Source: Raillietiella orientalis (lineage: Eukaryota). From it: a stretch of DNA of 64,000 bases. Location of the stretch: NCBI GenBank assembly GCA_036172245.1, contig JAYWIR010000004.1:2170001-2234000 (forward strand). Reading direction: 5' to 3'. Below, in pieces: positions 48,577 through 61,989 of the stretch (the first letter of the stretch is position 1; every line of letters starts with the position of its first letter). A model generated the notes under the pieces. It saw nothing but the letters and a program-made list of their open reading frames with translations, had not been told where the DNA came from and did not search any database. Made by a program: the position numbers and the translations under genes.

Positions 48577-51346
48577 TTAATTAATCTCAATTTTTAAATT
48601 GCGCCTCCCCCAATGGCAATATCTGAAGTTTAGCAGTCCTCTTCCACGGCCTTTAGGCCATGGTCTTTGAGGAATACCTGGAACATAATTATCATTCTGA
48701 AAATGAATTCAAACTAACTTACTGAAATTATGTTCTTGTGAGTTATGGTCACATCTTTTTTTTGCAATTACTTCTTCATCTATCACAGTCAGTTCTGGCA
48801 CGAGTTTGATATCAGAAATAGCATCTGTGAAGAAACAAAAACTAAAGAATACCTTAATTCAATTACAAATAAGCTAACTATTTTTCAATATAATAGAAAG
48901 CAACTTGTAAGAAAAACTGACAGGAAAAGTGATTGAATGATTGAACTGACAGGAATAATGATTAATAATGAAAGGAACAATTTTTTAAACCCTTAAGAAA
49001 AAATTATGAACAAAGGAGAAAGAAAAAAATGAGTACAGAAATTGCTACTCAATATGCAATTCGGAAAGCTTACAAAACAACAAAGACAAGCTTGCAGAGG
49101 TTCATTTTAATAACTAAAATCTTGAAAACTCAATTCTAAATACTACACAACAAAATGCTGTCAAATGAAAATTTTTTATTAAATAAATACATGATAAACA
49201 TAAGAGAAAAAATCTCATCTTTATAATACATCCAAGTATCTGGATTAAAAAAAAAAAAAAATCCATGGCATATAAATGTAACAGATGCTTTAAAAAAAGA
49301 ATTCTGCATAATGGAATTTTTGTTTTGGGGAAACGTACTTTAATGATCTTCAAAAATCTTAAGGATGCTCATCAACAACATTTAAGTAATGATGCTGCTG
49401 AAACAAACATCTAAATTAGTTCAACTTATTCCTATTTACTGAGCTGCACATTAGATCATTTCTCCCTTTTTCATCTCTTTTCAATATATCTTAACGATAT
49501 TTATGAGAAAAAATAAATCATGGTGCGGGAAGGTATGGTACAGGTGCTTGGGATATGTGCCATATAACTGTAAAATACACTCGAAGATGCAAAAAAAAAA
49601 TTGATATACTCATCCATGCTGATGTACCTGATATACAGTCTAATAAGTATTTTTCAGGGCAACTATCCAAATGAGTTTGGAAATGATCGCGTATTACATG
49701 ATGCTGAGCATTGAAAGGGCAGATCATATAGTTGGAGTTGAAATTTCTCTGCAACAAAAATTGTTATTTAGCAATAATAAACAAAATACATTTAATTAGT
49801 ATTCCTAATCAGAAATTTCAAATGAAAACTGTTAGTTCCAAAATCTATTAATATATTTATTATTTAACTGAAGTTTTTGGGTTATTCATACAAATACAAT
49901 ACAAAACTGATTAACAGATACAATTAGCTGTAGTATTTAATTTTAAGCAAGCTAACAAACAATTAAGTAATTAAATGTGTCAATTCCACAATAAGGTAAC
50001 TAAAGGCATATAACAATAGGAAAGAAAACTAATCTTTTTAAATCAGTCAATGCTTTATGTTTCTGCAAGTGTTTACAAATTAGAAATGAAAAGTACAATA
50101 ACAAATGCTACACTCAAAAAGGTCATAACTTTAATCTAAGCTAGTTAGTTTTTAATTTGATAATAAATTTCTTAATTAGGCAAAATCTCAACAAATAGAT
50201 AATTAGATGCAACTGATGAAATTCGTTACAATGCATTCACAGTATCATGGTAGTCGTTTAACAACAGCTAGCACCAGAAATAAACCAAAGTAAACAAAAA
50301 ATGTTTGTTTACTACTTATGGTGACATTTATAATTTAAAACTGCATATATCAATACACTCAATTAATTTTTGTCCTTGATATGGCCTTACATACAATGAA
50401 ACCACTTTATAAACATTGTATGCAATGTTTATAAACACTATAGTATCTGTTACTGGCTTCAATACATAAATAAAAACATGCTAATTTTAGAGTACAAATT
50501 TTCTCTTTCTCTCTAGGATATAACATTACACATATGAGATATATTTGAAAGAAATAAACATTAGTGATTTTCAAAAACACAAACTGTCTATAGCATGGCC
50601 AATAACCCACAATAGACAATTTTGTTCTGCCTTATTGCAGTTATTTCACATTCAGAAATGAACGCACATTAGTTTTGTCACTGTTATTCAGATCCAATCC
50701 TTCAATTTTTTCAAACTAATCATGAATCCACCAGTGAAATTCAGTTTGGAATGTAGTTCACTTTGGCATTATTTTTTTTTTTCATGCTGTTTTTATTAAC
50801 AAGAATTCTCAGGCGCCAATTTTTGTATATGAATTACGAAAAATCAGCATTAATTCTATGAAAGAATAAATCAGCCAAATAATTATGTCTTAAACTTGCA
50901 TATGAAGCAGTACGATAACAAATAACATTTTGTTTCTGCATAGTTATGCTCACTCAACTCAGCTAAATGATTAGATCCATTAACTGTCCCTTAACATTAG
51001 CATTTGCATTCCTAGTCTTTTCAAGGTCCATGCACTAATTATTTTAAACCCCCCATATACTTTCTGCCATGCATCATTATGACGCATGCACATGTTCAAC
51101 CTGATAACTGACATGTTATAATCGAATTATTCAATTCTTTCATTACAACTAAATATGGTAATTAATTTGGCAAAAAATTGTTTAGAATGTTTCGTAAAAA
51201 CATTTTCTTGCAACAACCATAAAATGACAAAATTGCCAAAAAATTGTTACCTTTGCACATTTTTGCAAATGCACCGTAAATTTTTCTTGTTTGATAACAT
51301 GGGATGAATTGTAGGGGCAAACAATTTCCTTTTGCGATGAATACAT
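48577..51346 (-). CDS. GTSF1: Gametocyte-specific factor 1-like (two CHHC zf-U11-48K fingers; piRNA cofactor), ~139 aa
   Basis: Exon 51346-51251 (CPYNSSHVIKQEKFTVHLQKC), exon 49748-49628 (CPFNAQHHVIRDHFQTHLDSC), then 48824-48723 and 48677-48577 (PKGRGRG), 420 nt in frame. An alternative terminal exon 49567-49518 is possible. The 3' structure is less certain than the two fingers. Confidence 0.8.
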
Positions 51347-52999
51347 ATTATTCAAAGCATCATAGCGACACTAAACACTTTCGAATCACTTGAACATTCT
51401 TGATAATGACCGTAGTCTTGTACTGAACAAACAAAACGAAAACCTTGAACTTCAACTGAATTTTTGAATACTAAAATAGTCTTGTAAGCTTTTCACACAG
51501 TTTAATTCTCAGAAATGAATCACATGAGATATGGAAACCCCTAAAGTTTACTAATCACTAACATATCAACAAACCGAAGCACAGGAATGTAAACTTAACT
51601 ATGTAATCATCAGTTCCAAATTTATTCCATGTAAATACTTTTAAACTTAAACCTAGCGATTGGTTTTTAAATAATCTACTAAGTTTTAATGAAATGCCGT
51701 TTTAAATACATAAAATGAATTTCAATTATGTTACCTAGGTTACAAAATTTCTGGTTCTTATTGAAGTACTTTTCCCAAAATTAAGAATCGACAAAATCAG
51801 TTTTGTAAAACCAATGCCTGCCATTTTTCTATAACTTTCACAATTTTTTTTCTTTTTTTAATGAAATGAGTATCACTTTTATATAAATTGTACATATTGA
51901 TTATAAATCTGAACAGATTATTATTCACTAAGGTTAGATTATTATTCACTTGTTGATCTGGACGGCTCTTTTGTCTATTATTCATTTGTTACTATCATTT
52001 ATTAACTTAGCAATGTGTAACCGTGCACCACTCACAATCAAACTGAAATCGCAAGCAAAGTTCAAATTTATTTAGTTTATTGGAGGCCAACGTGTGAAAA
52101 CTCAAATTTACTGCTAATTGCACTAATAATGACACTCGTTGGCACGCTCGACATCTGCTCCAAGAACAACATTCAACTCAGTTTCGCAGTGCTAGCACAT
52201 CTTCTTTCACTTGAGTACGGATTTTAAATCCATTTCTCATCTTTTAGTCTGTTTCTTGCAGTATATTTTTTTAAGTTCTCTGCGAAAAATGCAATAATAA
52301 ATAAAAAATCGTTATTAAAATATTTATTGTTTTATTCTATTTTTTTGGTTCCTTATATTTAGAGTCTAGATGGATGGAATAGTAACTTTTTACAGAGAGT
52401 TAATAATAACCAGGATTCTTCTGAAAGAGTTTCTCATCAGAATTAGAGCCGCAAATAATGGTGAAAAAAACAAATTAAAATTGCCTTTTTTAATCAATTA
52501 GACCATGTCCATTCAGTTATGTACAATAAAGATCAGCTCTGTATTATATACAATAACAAAATTGAACTCATAGAATTATGTAGTAGTAATAATACAGGGA
52601 AACCAAAAACAGCATTGCATATCCTCAGAAATACAGAATTTGCCATAATTTCTAAAAGTTCAAAAGTTCCTGTGCATATAAAAACTGCAATTATTCTCAT
52701 GTTGAGATTCAAGTTAAAGCGAACACGTGACAAGTACGTATCATATTGTTGTTCCCTGTTACAGATACCAATAAATTAAAGTCCCATTTACCTACATATA
52801 CGAGAAAAGATTTTTCTGCTCAGACAGAATCAGGAAAACTTTATCAGGAAAATCAGGAAAATTTAGGCGAAAAACATACTATTGGTGGACGATATTCTTT
52901 CAACAAAGGAAAGGGGGAAGAGTTCACTGGAAAAAATGCTGAACAAGGTATTTCATTTTTTGACAAACTCACAACTCAGATTGTACTAAATTTTTCAAG

Positions 53000-54330
53000 A
53001 AAAGATCCAGAATATTAGTGTGTGTGTTTTTCCCTCATGTTGAACATCATGGATTGAGAATATAGTTCCTTTCTCTTATATTTTCAAAGTAGTTGCTTAC
53101 TTTATAGAAGTGCTGTTTTTATAGAAAAAGGAGTTGATGTTACTCATCATTCGAATATGCACCGAAACATCACCAGTTCCTTCCAAGGCTGCTCCCAGAA
53201 TTTTAGCTGTAGATGCTTCTGCAGGTAGCTAACTGCTTAATGACTACCCAGTCTCAGGTAAGCGTGGAGCATGTAAATGAGAGTGATTATATTTCTGTGG
53301 CTCCACATGAACTGTAAAATTTATTTTGTCTATTACAGTATAATGATGCAGGCTACTTTTGAGTGTCCCAAGATGGAACATGAGGAAATTATTTTGCACC
53401 TTTGGTTATAGGTCTGTTTTGAACGTATTTCAGATTGCTCATGGGAATAACATAGCCTGCTCGGTTCTTGTACATGCTCTTGGAATTTTTGAGCCAGCTC
53501 TGGTTCTTCCTGCCAGTCCAGGATGTCATGAGGAGTTTCGTTTACTCTTTCTGTACCGTAAGCTATCCACATTTCGCGCTTTCCATGCGTCACTTAATCC
53601 ATGCGTATTTCGTTCTCACTTTGATATATTATTTTGTTGTAGGATTTCCATTCAAGACAAACTTTTCGCAATCTTCGGAGATGAAGTGTGTTCGTCTCTG
53701 AAGCCACTAGTCAGTGTAGCTTAGGACTACTCATCAAAAGAGGGGCATCTCGACAAGTTCCTTTTTCTAAAGATTTCTGCTTCTAGAGAAGCATTCTCGG
53801 TTGATTCATATGAGCATCATGTTGCTTTCGAGACCACCAGGGATCACTCTAGGGCTACTCTTTTCCGTTACTCATTACTGCCATCATCAGGCTATGCTTC
53901 TGGTTGAACATGGCGGAATAGGTCCCATTCAACACACATGGCAACTCATCCCAGTTCTGTGTTGTATGGAGGAACTTTTTAAATCAAACTTGTTGCACTC
54001 GCTACAGCTCCTTCATCATAGTGTCGCCAATTTATTTCGGTACATGTGCTTTAAGCGAATTCTTATAATCATCTCTTTCCACAGAAACTTCTGCAATATA
54101 CTGTGGAAGCTTGCTCGAATTTTTGCTGCAATAAATAGCAGGCTCCGCCAAGACCTTTCAATGGAGACCTGTATTTAACAGAATCGCCTTCTTCATGAAA
54201 CTGTAGTCCGAGAGGATGTATTTGCTTTTCTTTTTTATCACTCGAGCCGGGATTTGGTTCCAGTGCATAGAGGGGCATAATGGGTCGCCGATATAGACGC
54301 TCAGATACCTGAGACTCATCCTCATTATAT
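53000..54330 (-). mobile_element. Decayed L1/Tx1-like non-LTR retrotransposon, ORF2 post-RT region and zinc knuckle
   Basis: Minus-strand frames give RYLSVYIGD...HWNQIPARVIKKKSKYILSDYSFMKKAILLN (cf. YLGV.IG...W...LS..GK..L.N), ILQKFLWKEMIIRIRLKHMY (cf. FLW....RI....L) and a degenerate knuckle YSSCGATEI*SLSFTCSTLT*DWVVI resembling the copy at ~19.2 kb. Confidence 0.65.
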
Positions 54331-55663
54331 CTTCGTTGAAAATGGATTAAAATTTGAAAGACTTCGGTAGCCGAGCTAATATAGAGACATATGTTAGCAT
54401 AGTATTACCGTAAAATGTACATCATTTCAAATATAATTATATGTGTGCAATTATACAAAGCATAGACTGAATTCCACCATCATTAGTTTTTCCTTAGTGT
54501 CATGTTTCTATAATGATAATGAAACGATACATGCTTCTCTAAAATGAAACAATGTATGCAATGATCACTGTAAGTTTAGCTTGCCTAATTTCTCGATTAG
54601 CAAAAGGAAATGTGCTTAAGAATTTTTATACATTATTTTTAAAATAAAGATTTAGGAAGGCATCTATCCAAAATTCTTTTTTTAGATTTCTAATGAAATC
54701 GGAATTCAGATTTATTTGCTTGCTATTATTAACCTAAGAGATGTATTATAACCTGTATTATTAACCCAAGATCAGTCTAGAGAACATGAGAGTTATGGTG
54801 TATCAATATGAATGTTGAATATGTCAAAACTTTCCTGGAAGATGATGGGAATACCAAATTTCTTCATTATGCCTTAAATATTTTACTAAATTATTGGTGA
54901 TTTTTTTTAGATGTTGCATAGAACACAAATAAAGGAATTAAACTAATACAAATAACTATTTTTATAACACAAATAGCTATTTTTTGCTTCTAAACTACGT
55001 TTTCTATTATCAGAGACACAAGAATAAAAAACGAAAAAGGAAAACAAATATTTCTGTAGAATTTTCAAATAATTATTTGTTTTACGCAATTTTATTTATT
55101 TTATTGTAATGTAGATGGGAATAAAATCAAATGCTACCTTTCATTTCTTTGCAGAAATACACATATGCTAGTTACGCCCGACTGCAAATTCCTTGAACGT
55201 GTTACAAGCTGGTTGTAGTGTTCCAAGCCGACTGCGCGGTTGGTGGGAGCGGGAGGTTTTGGTAAGTATTTGTTTATGTTACAGTGTTGGAATTTATTTT
55301 GTAGCAGGCATTGTGTTTATTTCAGTATGTATTCCCACATCGTGACAATGATTTTTAAACACGTGTCACTAGCGCATGTTGAATTTTGATTTTTCCTTTG
55401 CAATTTCCATTTCCACAGGGTCTCCCTATGTGCGTTCCCATTTTTCTGCTAGACTGTGTTGCATTGTACTATTTTGTATTATTTGTTTCTGGCATTATTT
55501 GTCATTATTTACTTAAATGAGCTTGTTTGTGAACTTATAAATATAAGTAGGCTTTTATTCCCAGAAACTATGATCATGCAAAGTGTAGTGGATTATGATA
55601 TATGACGAATTTTTCTTTATATATATGACAAATGTAAAAATTACAGTATTAAAATTTTTGTAG

Positions 55664-55762
<99 letters not shown>

Positions 55763-55781
55763 TGAGTAAAGTACATAGTGA

Positions 55782-55910
<129 letters not shown>

Positions 55911-58900
55911 TGAAAGCTGAAGGCTCATGAAAAAGTCCGTTTTTTTGGTTTATTTCAGTAACTGTATTTATAATATTTTGCATCTGTAAAAATGATCAAG
56001 TATTCAATTCTTTGTATTAAATAGTAGCATTCTAAAAGTAAAATCAGCTTTGCTACTGAAAGAATTTTAATCCTGAAGTTATATATTTCATTTATCCTTT
56101 TCTTTAGCCTGCATATTCCTTCAAAATGAATGCAAGCCTTGTTTATGTGATAGAACTGAAGGTGGATTAAAAATTAGACCTTGATCTTAATTAAATAAAG
56201 ATCTACAAACACATCACTATTCAGTACAGTAATGTATTTATAGTAAAATAATTAAAAATAATTAATAAGTAATCAAAAATGTGATGTTGCCAGGATAAGT
56301 TTTCTATTCTTCAAAATAGAATTGCATCATGACAGTTATGCTTTGTACTATGATTCACTGTAGACTGTCTTTAATTTAAGAAATGACCAGTTTTAAAAAG
56401 ATATGTATGCTTGACTTTTCATTGGAAGTTCTTTCAGGTATCCAAGATGATTTGATAGGATGATTTGATGCTTCTCATTTTAATATCACATAACATGAAA
56501 ATTACTACCTAATATATATTCAGCTGGAAAAAAAAAGCACATAAAAAGTAAACCCTATGTAGAACCTCAGTTGTGTAGTTTTCAGTAATTCTTGAGATTG
56601 CAGACGATCTAACCAATAAATTGAAGAATGCATGTGACTTGTACATGTAAATATGACTTGGATATCAGCAGTATGTTTAATTATGCAACATTATTCATTT
56701 ATGTGCTTAAAAAGTGCATTTTGAGACAGATTCTTGAGCATGCATAAACAAATGTGCAGTAATAATTGACCTAGAATTTCAAGAATCTTCTAGGCATAGA
56801 ACAGTCGTGAAATCAATTAGGCATTGATTTTTGAGAGGAACATAAAAGTGTAACTTGAAAGAAGCAAAAAATGTTTTGTTTTTTTGGTAACTTTTTGTGA
56901 AATAATTAGTCTTCTTTCCAAAGAATGCATGTTTAGTATATGTTAAATGTTTTTCTTTCCAAAAGAATGGATATTTTTAGTATTTAGCTGTTCTACATCT
57001 ATCTTCTTAAACAGATGTACAATCAAATTTAAATGTTTCATCTTATAATGTTTCTTATGGCATTTGTTTGTGAAAACATTTCTGAGAAGTTTGTCATCAT
57101 GATAGTTTTTCATTTGGTGAGCAAAATGCATATTTTCATAGGGCATTAATTTTCAAGGTTTTGAAGAAAAACTGACATAAAACTTTGCATGTGCTTTTTA
57201 GGACTGTGTATTAGTTTGTTGCAAGAGAAATCTTCTATGAATGGATCATTTGTGTCAGACTTTTTTGCAGTTTCAAATCACATCTGAACTTTGGCCAATG
57301 TTTTCACATATCTCACCAATCATTTTTTGTGGCATGTAGATGCAGATTTGTGGAAATACCAATGAAACCTATGCAGGGCTTTTCAGTTTTCAGTGAAAAC
57401 AAAAAGGTGCAAGTGTTACAAAATTCTTGCAAAGAGTCTGTTAAATCAAACATAGGAATTAAATGAAAAAGCAATTATGCATTCAGTATTGATATGGAGG
57501 GAAAAAATCACCATAAAAGTTGCCGTAAGAGACACAATGCATGATAATATGAATTGTTTCTTTCTTTCGGGCAACTTTAAAGACAATTGCAACAATGATA
57601 TTCAACGTGAGGTGCTTATGAATGATTGTAAAAAATGATGAGTAGTATACCGTGGAAGGGCACGAAAACAATCGTAATGTGATTTGGGAAAATGGATTCA
57701 GGAAGATTTATAAAAGTGACTAGGGATAGATTTTATTTCTGTCATTGTTTCATACGTACATTTATCAGTGTATTCCGTGAAAATTGGAAGACCAACCATT
57801 TCCGCGCAATTCATGGTGGGAAACTAGTAGAATGTGATGTTTATGCTTTAATTGGCATCGTTTATATTTCACCAGAGTGCTGGATCAACGTCTCTTCAAC
57901 GTTTTACAGGCGCACTGAACAGCTGCGAAGGCGATTTAATTGACAATTATCATACAGTGTTGCCTAGCAAAATTACTGAGTCGCCAGACTGAAAATCATA
58001 AGAGAAATCCAGTGTAAACTCAAAGTAGAACGAACGTTTTGAGTTTAAACAAACTCAAATTAAGACTACTTTAAGATCGTGCAACAAACTCATAGTCTAA
58101 TGTCTTTGATTTACTTTAATCATAGTAATTATGTTCTTAAGTTACTGTTGATCACGGTCGCATTAGAATCACATTGTCGAAGGGCTTTCAAATATTACAT
58201 TTATAAATGCACTCTTGCAAAAACTGATGTGCTTTATGTGTACAAAGCTCTGGGAACGATACCTGTTTGAATTCACAACGATCCTGAAAATTTCAATTAA
58301 CTGTAATTCTTCAGAATACCAAAAATTCACATCAATATTTGCATATGTACCAGATTCTACTGCAGATATATTCATCTGCATTCAATACGCAAAAGTGCTA
58401 ATTGGTAATAGTTGAACAAGCTAGAGATTAACTGCGATAACTTGCACAAATCAGCTGCCGACTGAAACTGTCAACAACTTGCACCAGTTCACATAAAGTG
58501 GATGCACACTTCCTGTAGATATTCATACGTGGAATGGCGATATGTATCCCGAATCTTAGCTGTCAACCATCATAACTGTGACTGATCATAACTATATCTT
58601 GCACTATCAAGTGAATAGAAGGATGAACAAACATATCTATGCCATCGAGGATGTGGATGATTCAGTCACTATTGTGTTATTGTTCTAACATAAAGAATGA
58701 AATGATAAGCACTAAGGTGATATAAAATGTAAGTATGTACAATGATCATTACATCAGTTTTCGCCACATTTTGTATGTAATTGAAATTAAGTATCCGTTT
58801 TTTCTATGGTTGTGCTTATGCATTTCTAATGTTTACCCGTTCCATATATAACTTTTATGAGAGTTTGCGCTGAACTTGCTTTTATCAAACAGAACTTACC

Positions 58901-58959
58901 AAATTAAATCATCTAATTGTTGTCATCTTAAGTCCTGTTTTATTTTTTTCAAACTGTAC

Positions 58960-61955
58960 TCAGAATATTCCAATCAAATCATAAGACTGAAGAATCGCCG
59001 TGACGACATAGATTATCCATAGCGAAAAGAGAAATAATGCACTAAATATTTTCGGTAAATATGGACCGCCCAGTTCGGCACTTCCAAAAAAATTTTTGGA
59101 TCTTCTCAGTAGTAACAATCCCAGCCCCAAACATCCACAAACAACATATACAGCAACATTAAATCCCAGCGTTCCCGCTTGAACAGTAAATGTGCTGTGA
59201 TTAATGCTGTGATACACAGCAGCGATCATCCAAGGAAGCCCTAGTCCGAGGAATACATTGACCGAGTTACTTCCAGTAATATTTCCGATGGCGTTATCAG
59301 CATGCTTTTCTTGAAGGGACGCTGATCTGCTTGCAAACAGATCTGGTAGTGAGGTTCCCATTGCCACCAGAGTTATAGCTAGAGATGAGATGCTCTTTTG
59401 AAGAAGCACGGCCTTTAATATATTACCGGTTATACTGTCTTCTAATCCAATTAGGCATCCAAATATGGAGGCCAAATCTCCGACAATTGCAGTGAGAATT
59501 CCAATGCAAATGAGTGAAATACAGAAAGAAAGCCAACCACCCAATATGCTGACTGGCGGGATCAAAGAAAATAAGACCTGCAACGAAATAAAGACTCAAA
59601 AAGAAAAGCGGTCGACAGCGATAGAACGTGCCTTCCAGCCAAAACTCACGACATGTAGGATATAATCAAGCACCGTTGCGTTTTCTACATCATTTCCGTT
59701 GACTGTTATGGCAGCCTTGATTTGGTCCGCCCAGTTTTCGTGGTACAGACGGAAGCGATCCATATTTGCGTGCGTTTTCAGTATTAGCTGGTTTAGCAGT
59801 GAATTGAATTCTGCATCGAGTCACCCATAAAAAATGCGGACTATTGGCTCCATCCTTACCGTCATCATTAACAATGGTTACGACTGTCCGATTAATGGAT
59901 CCGAGTTTCGCCCCATTGGTAGGATCATAGAGCTCCACTTCGAACCTTTCGTTTCTTTCTGCTTCAAAATCATCTTTGATAGGAATTTCGATATTCATTT
60001 GACACTGCGAATGTAGGTGACTGATGGTTCCATTGATCTTAAGTTTGATCTCACCTCTCTATTCTTAAAGGTGAGAGTTCCTTCCGTGATCACATAATCT
60101 TTGCCTCCTATGGCGGATCTGTCCTTGGTTCTCCATTTAACTGCCACCTCTCCATCGGAGCCACGTGTTCTTAACACAGGAATTGTTACGACTCCTGCAT
60201 TTTCTTTTACTAGGAAAGCTCGTTTCTTGAACTTCAGCACCCCGGGTTCTAGAGAAAACTGATTAGTAAAATATACGGATAGAAGACACCTTACATTCAA
60301 GAGTCAGACCATTTAAGGAGAGACGGGAAAGCAGAAACATCCAGAACTTTAGCCTAGAGCACTTTAGCGCATTCAAGGTTTTCCAAAACATGGGAAGTAC
60401 TTATTTTCTACATTTACAAAGCAAAGACTTAAACGTTCCAGTACTATTAAAAGATCTAAGCATTCCAAGGCTGGAGATCAAGAAGGAGAAGTTTTCCTCT
60501 AATTCTAAGTTCTGAAAGAGAGATTCGTAAAGGAAACAGGAATCCAAATCTTACATTTAAGTTTTTGGAGTCGGGAGCTAACCAGTTAGCAAATCTGGTT
60601 ACTAAATGCTACGAAAATTCGTTTCACAAAACACAAATGCTTTGAAATGCAAAGGGGCTTGAAAACTCTGCACCGGAAACTGGATGCTAGAGACTGAAGG
60701 CCGTTTTAAAGGATAAACTGAAGAGTTAGTAAATAGTTTGATACTGAACCTGGAGCTGATAGTCTGAAATTCGCGATCAAACATGGAAATCTATTGATGG
60801 TTTCCCTGAATGAACGGACTCTGTGTAGCCCACTGCAGATAAGTGCAGCAGCCTGTTGCAACCTGCTAAACTTTGTAACCTGTAGCTAGTTTTTGTAAGA
60901 GCTGCTGCTCCATAAAATGTCATAAAAGAACCTAACAGAGAACATACGCATAGCTAATCTGTAAGCAGTAGGAATGGAAATTCTCAAAGAGCGGCTACCG
61001 TGAGGCCAATGCGAGATCCAAAGGGAACATTGGGAAAGAGTGCAAGAGAGGAGAAACGGAAGACCATCTTGATTCCCATCTCGACACAAAGAGCTGAAGC
61101 AACATTGCCGTGCAGTCACTCTCAGCAAACATCGCATCCACGCCCACTGAAGTTAACGTTGAGGGCAACCGCAGGAAAAACAATACATTCGGAATTCAAA
61201 GGATGGTCGTAGAAGTTTACAATCGTGTTCCGTTTCGACATCGTCAACCAGTTGACTGTAATCTGTAACTATTACGCATTCCATTAAGAAAATTCGGATA
61301 TCTTACATGCGTTTAACTTGGTTCGTCCAAATTGGATAAAGGCGCCGTTCAGCTTCTCTAAGCGCTCCTCAGTGGAAGCAATATACGCAGTATAAGAAAC
61401 AGACAAGAAGCTGAGGGAAAGGGTGCACCTAAAGAAACACATTCCACTTTCTGGAATTCTGAGTGCAAATCGGGTAGAGAATGGGATGTGTACTTGAACC
61501 GATGAGGCGTTCCGATGCAAACCAAAGGAACTAAGCCCCCATTTGATTTAGATGAAAGATCTGAAACCAGCTATTGATACTCCAAAGTAAACCGCAAAAT
61601 GGGGATTCGCAGATTCTGAAGTCAGCTGACTTCCAATTCGAACCGGCATCCAGAAAAGTATCTCTCTGCACCCATATCCACTTTCGGGCACATGCTGATC
61701 ATCAAAGAAAGCTTACCATCATTATCGATGATCGTGACTTCCATGACTGATTTTGGGCCAAGTCGGATGGTGTCGGAATTGCCATCAGGCAGGATGGATA
61801 ACTTGATGAAAAACTCCTCATCCGTCTCGTGAAGCAAATCATCTACGATCTGCACAGGGACCTTGTGTTCCACTTGAAACGGGCGAAAGCTAATGACTTC
61901 GTCTATTGGGACGTAATCCTCGCCGGCTACAGCTGTTCCATCGATGCTGTGCAAC
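58960..61955 (-). CDS. NCX: Sodium/calcium exchanger (NCX/SLC8 family), 3' portion; 5' exons lie outside the window
   Basis: Exons 61955-61717, 60248-60055, 60004-59860, 59810-59632, 59577-59427, 59378-58960. Two Calx-beta segments (DGTAVAGEDY..DEEFFIKL; GSDGEVAVKWRT..SAIGGKDY), alpha-2 repeat AITLVAMGTSLPDLFAS..NITGSNSVNVFLGLGLPW, C-terminal ELGGP. Confidence 0.93.
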
Positions 61956-61989
61956 CTGAAATCGTCGATGGACCCTGTTCACTGCTGTT

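Noticed and set aside
53333..54278. Cluster of 69-125 aa ORFs on both strands suggesting a host gene
   Set aside because: Minus-strand frames carry L1/Tx1 ORF2 motifs broken by stops and frameshifts; the listed ORFs are by-products.
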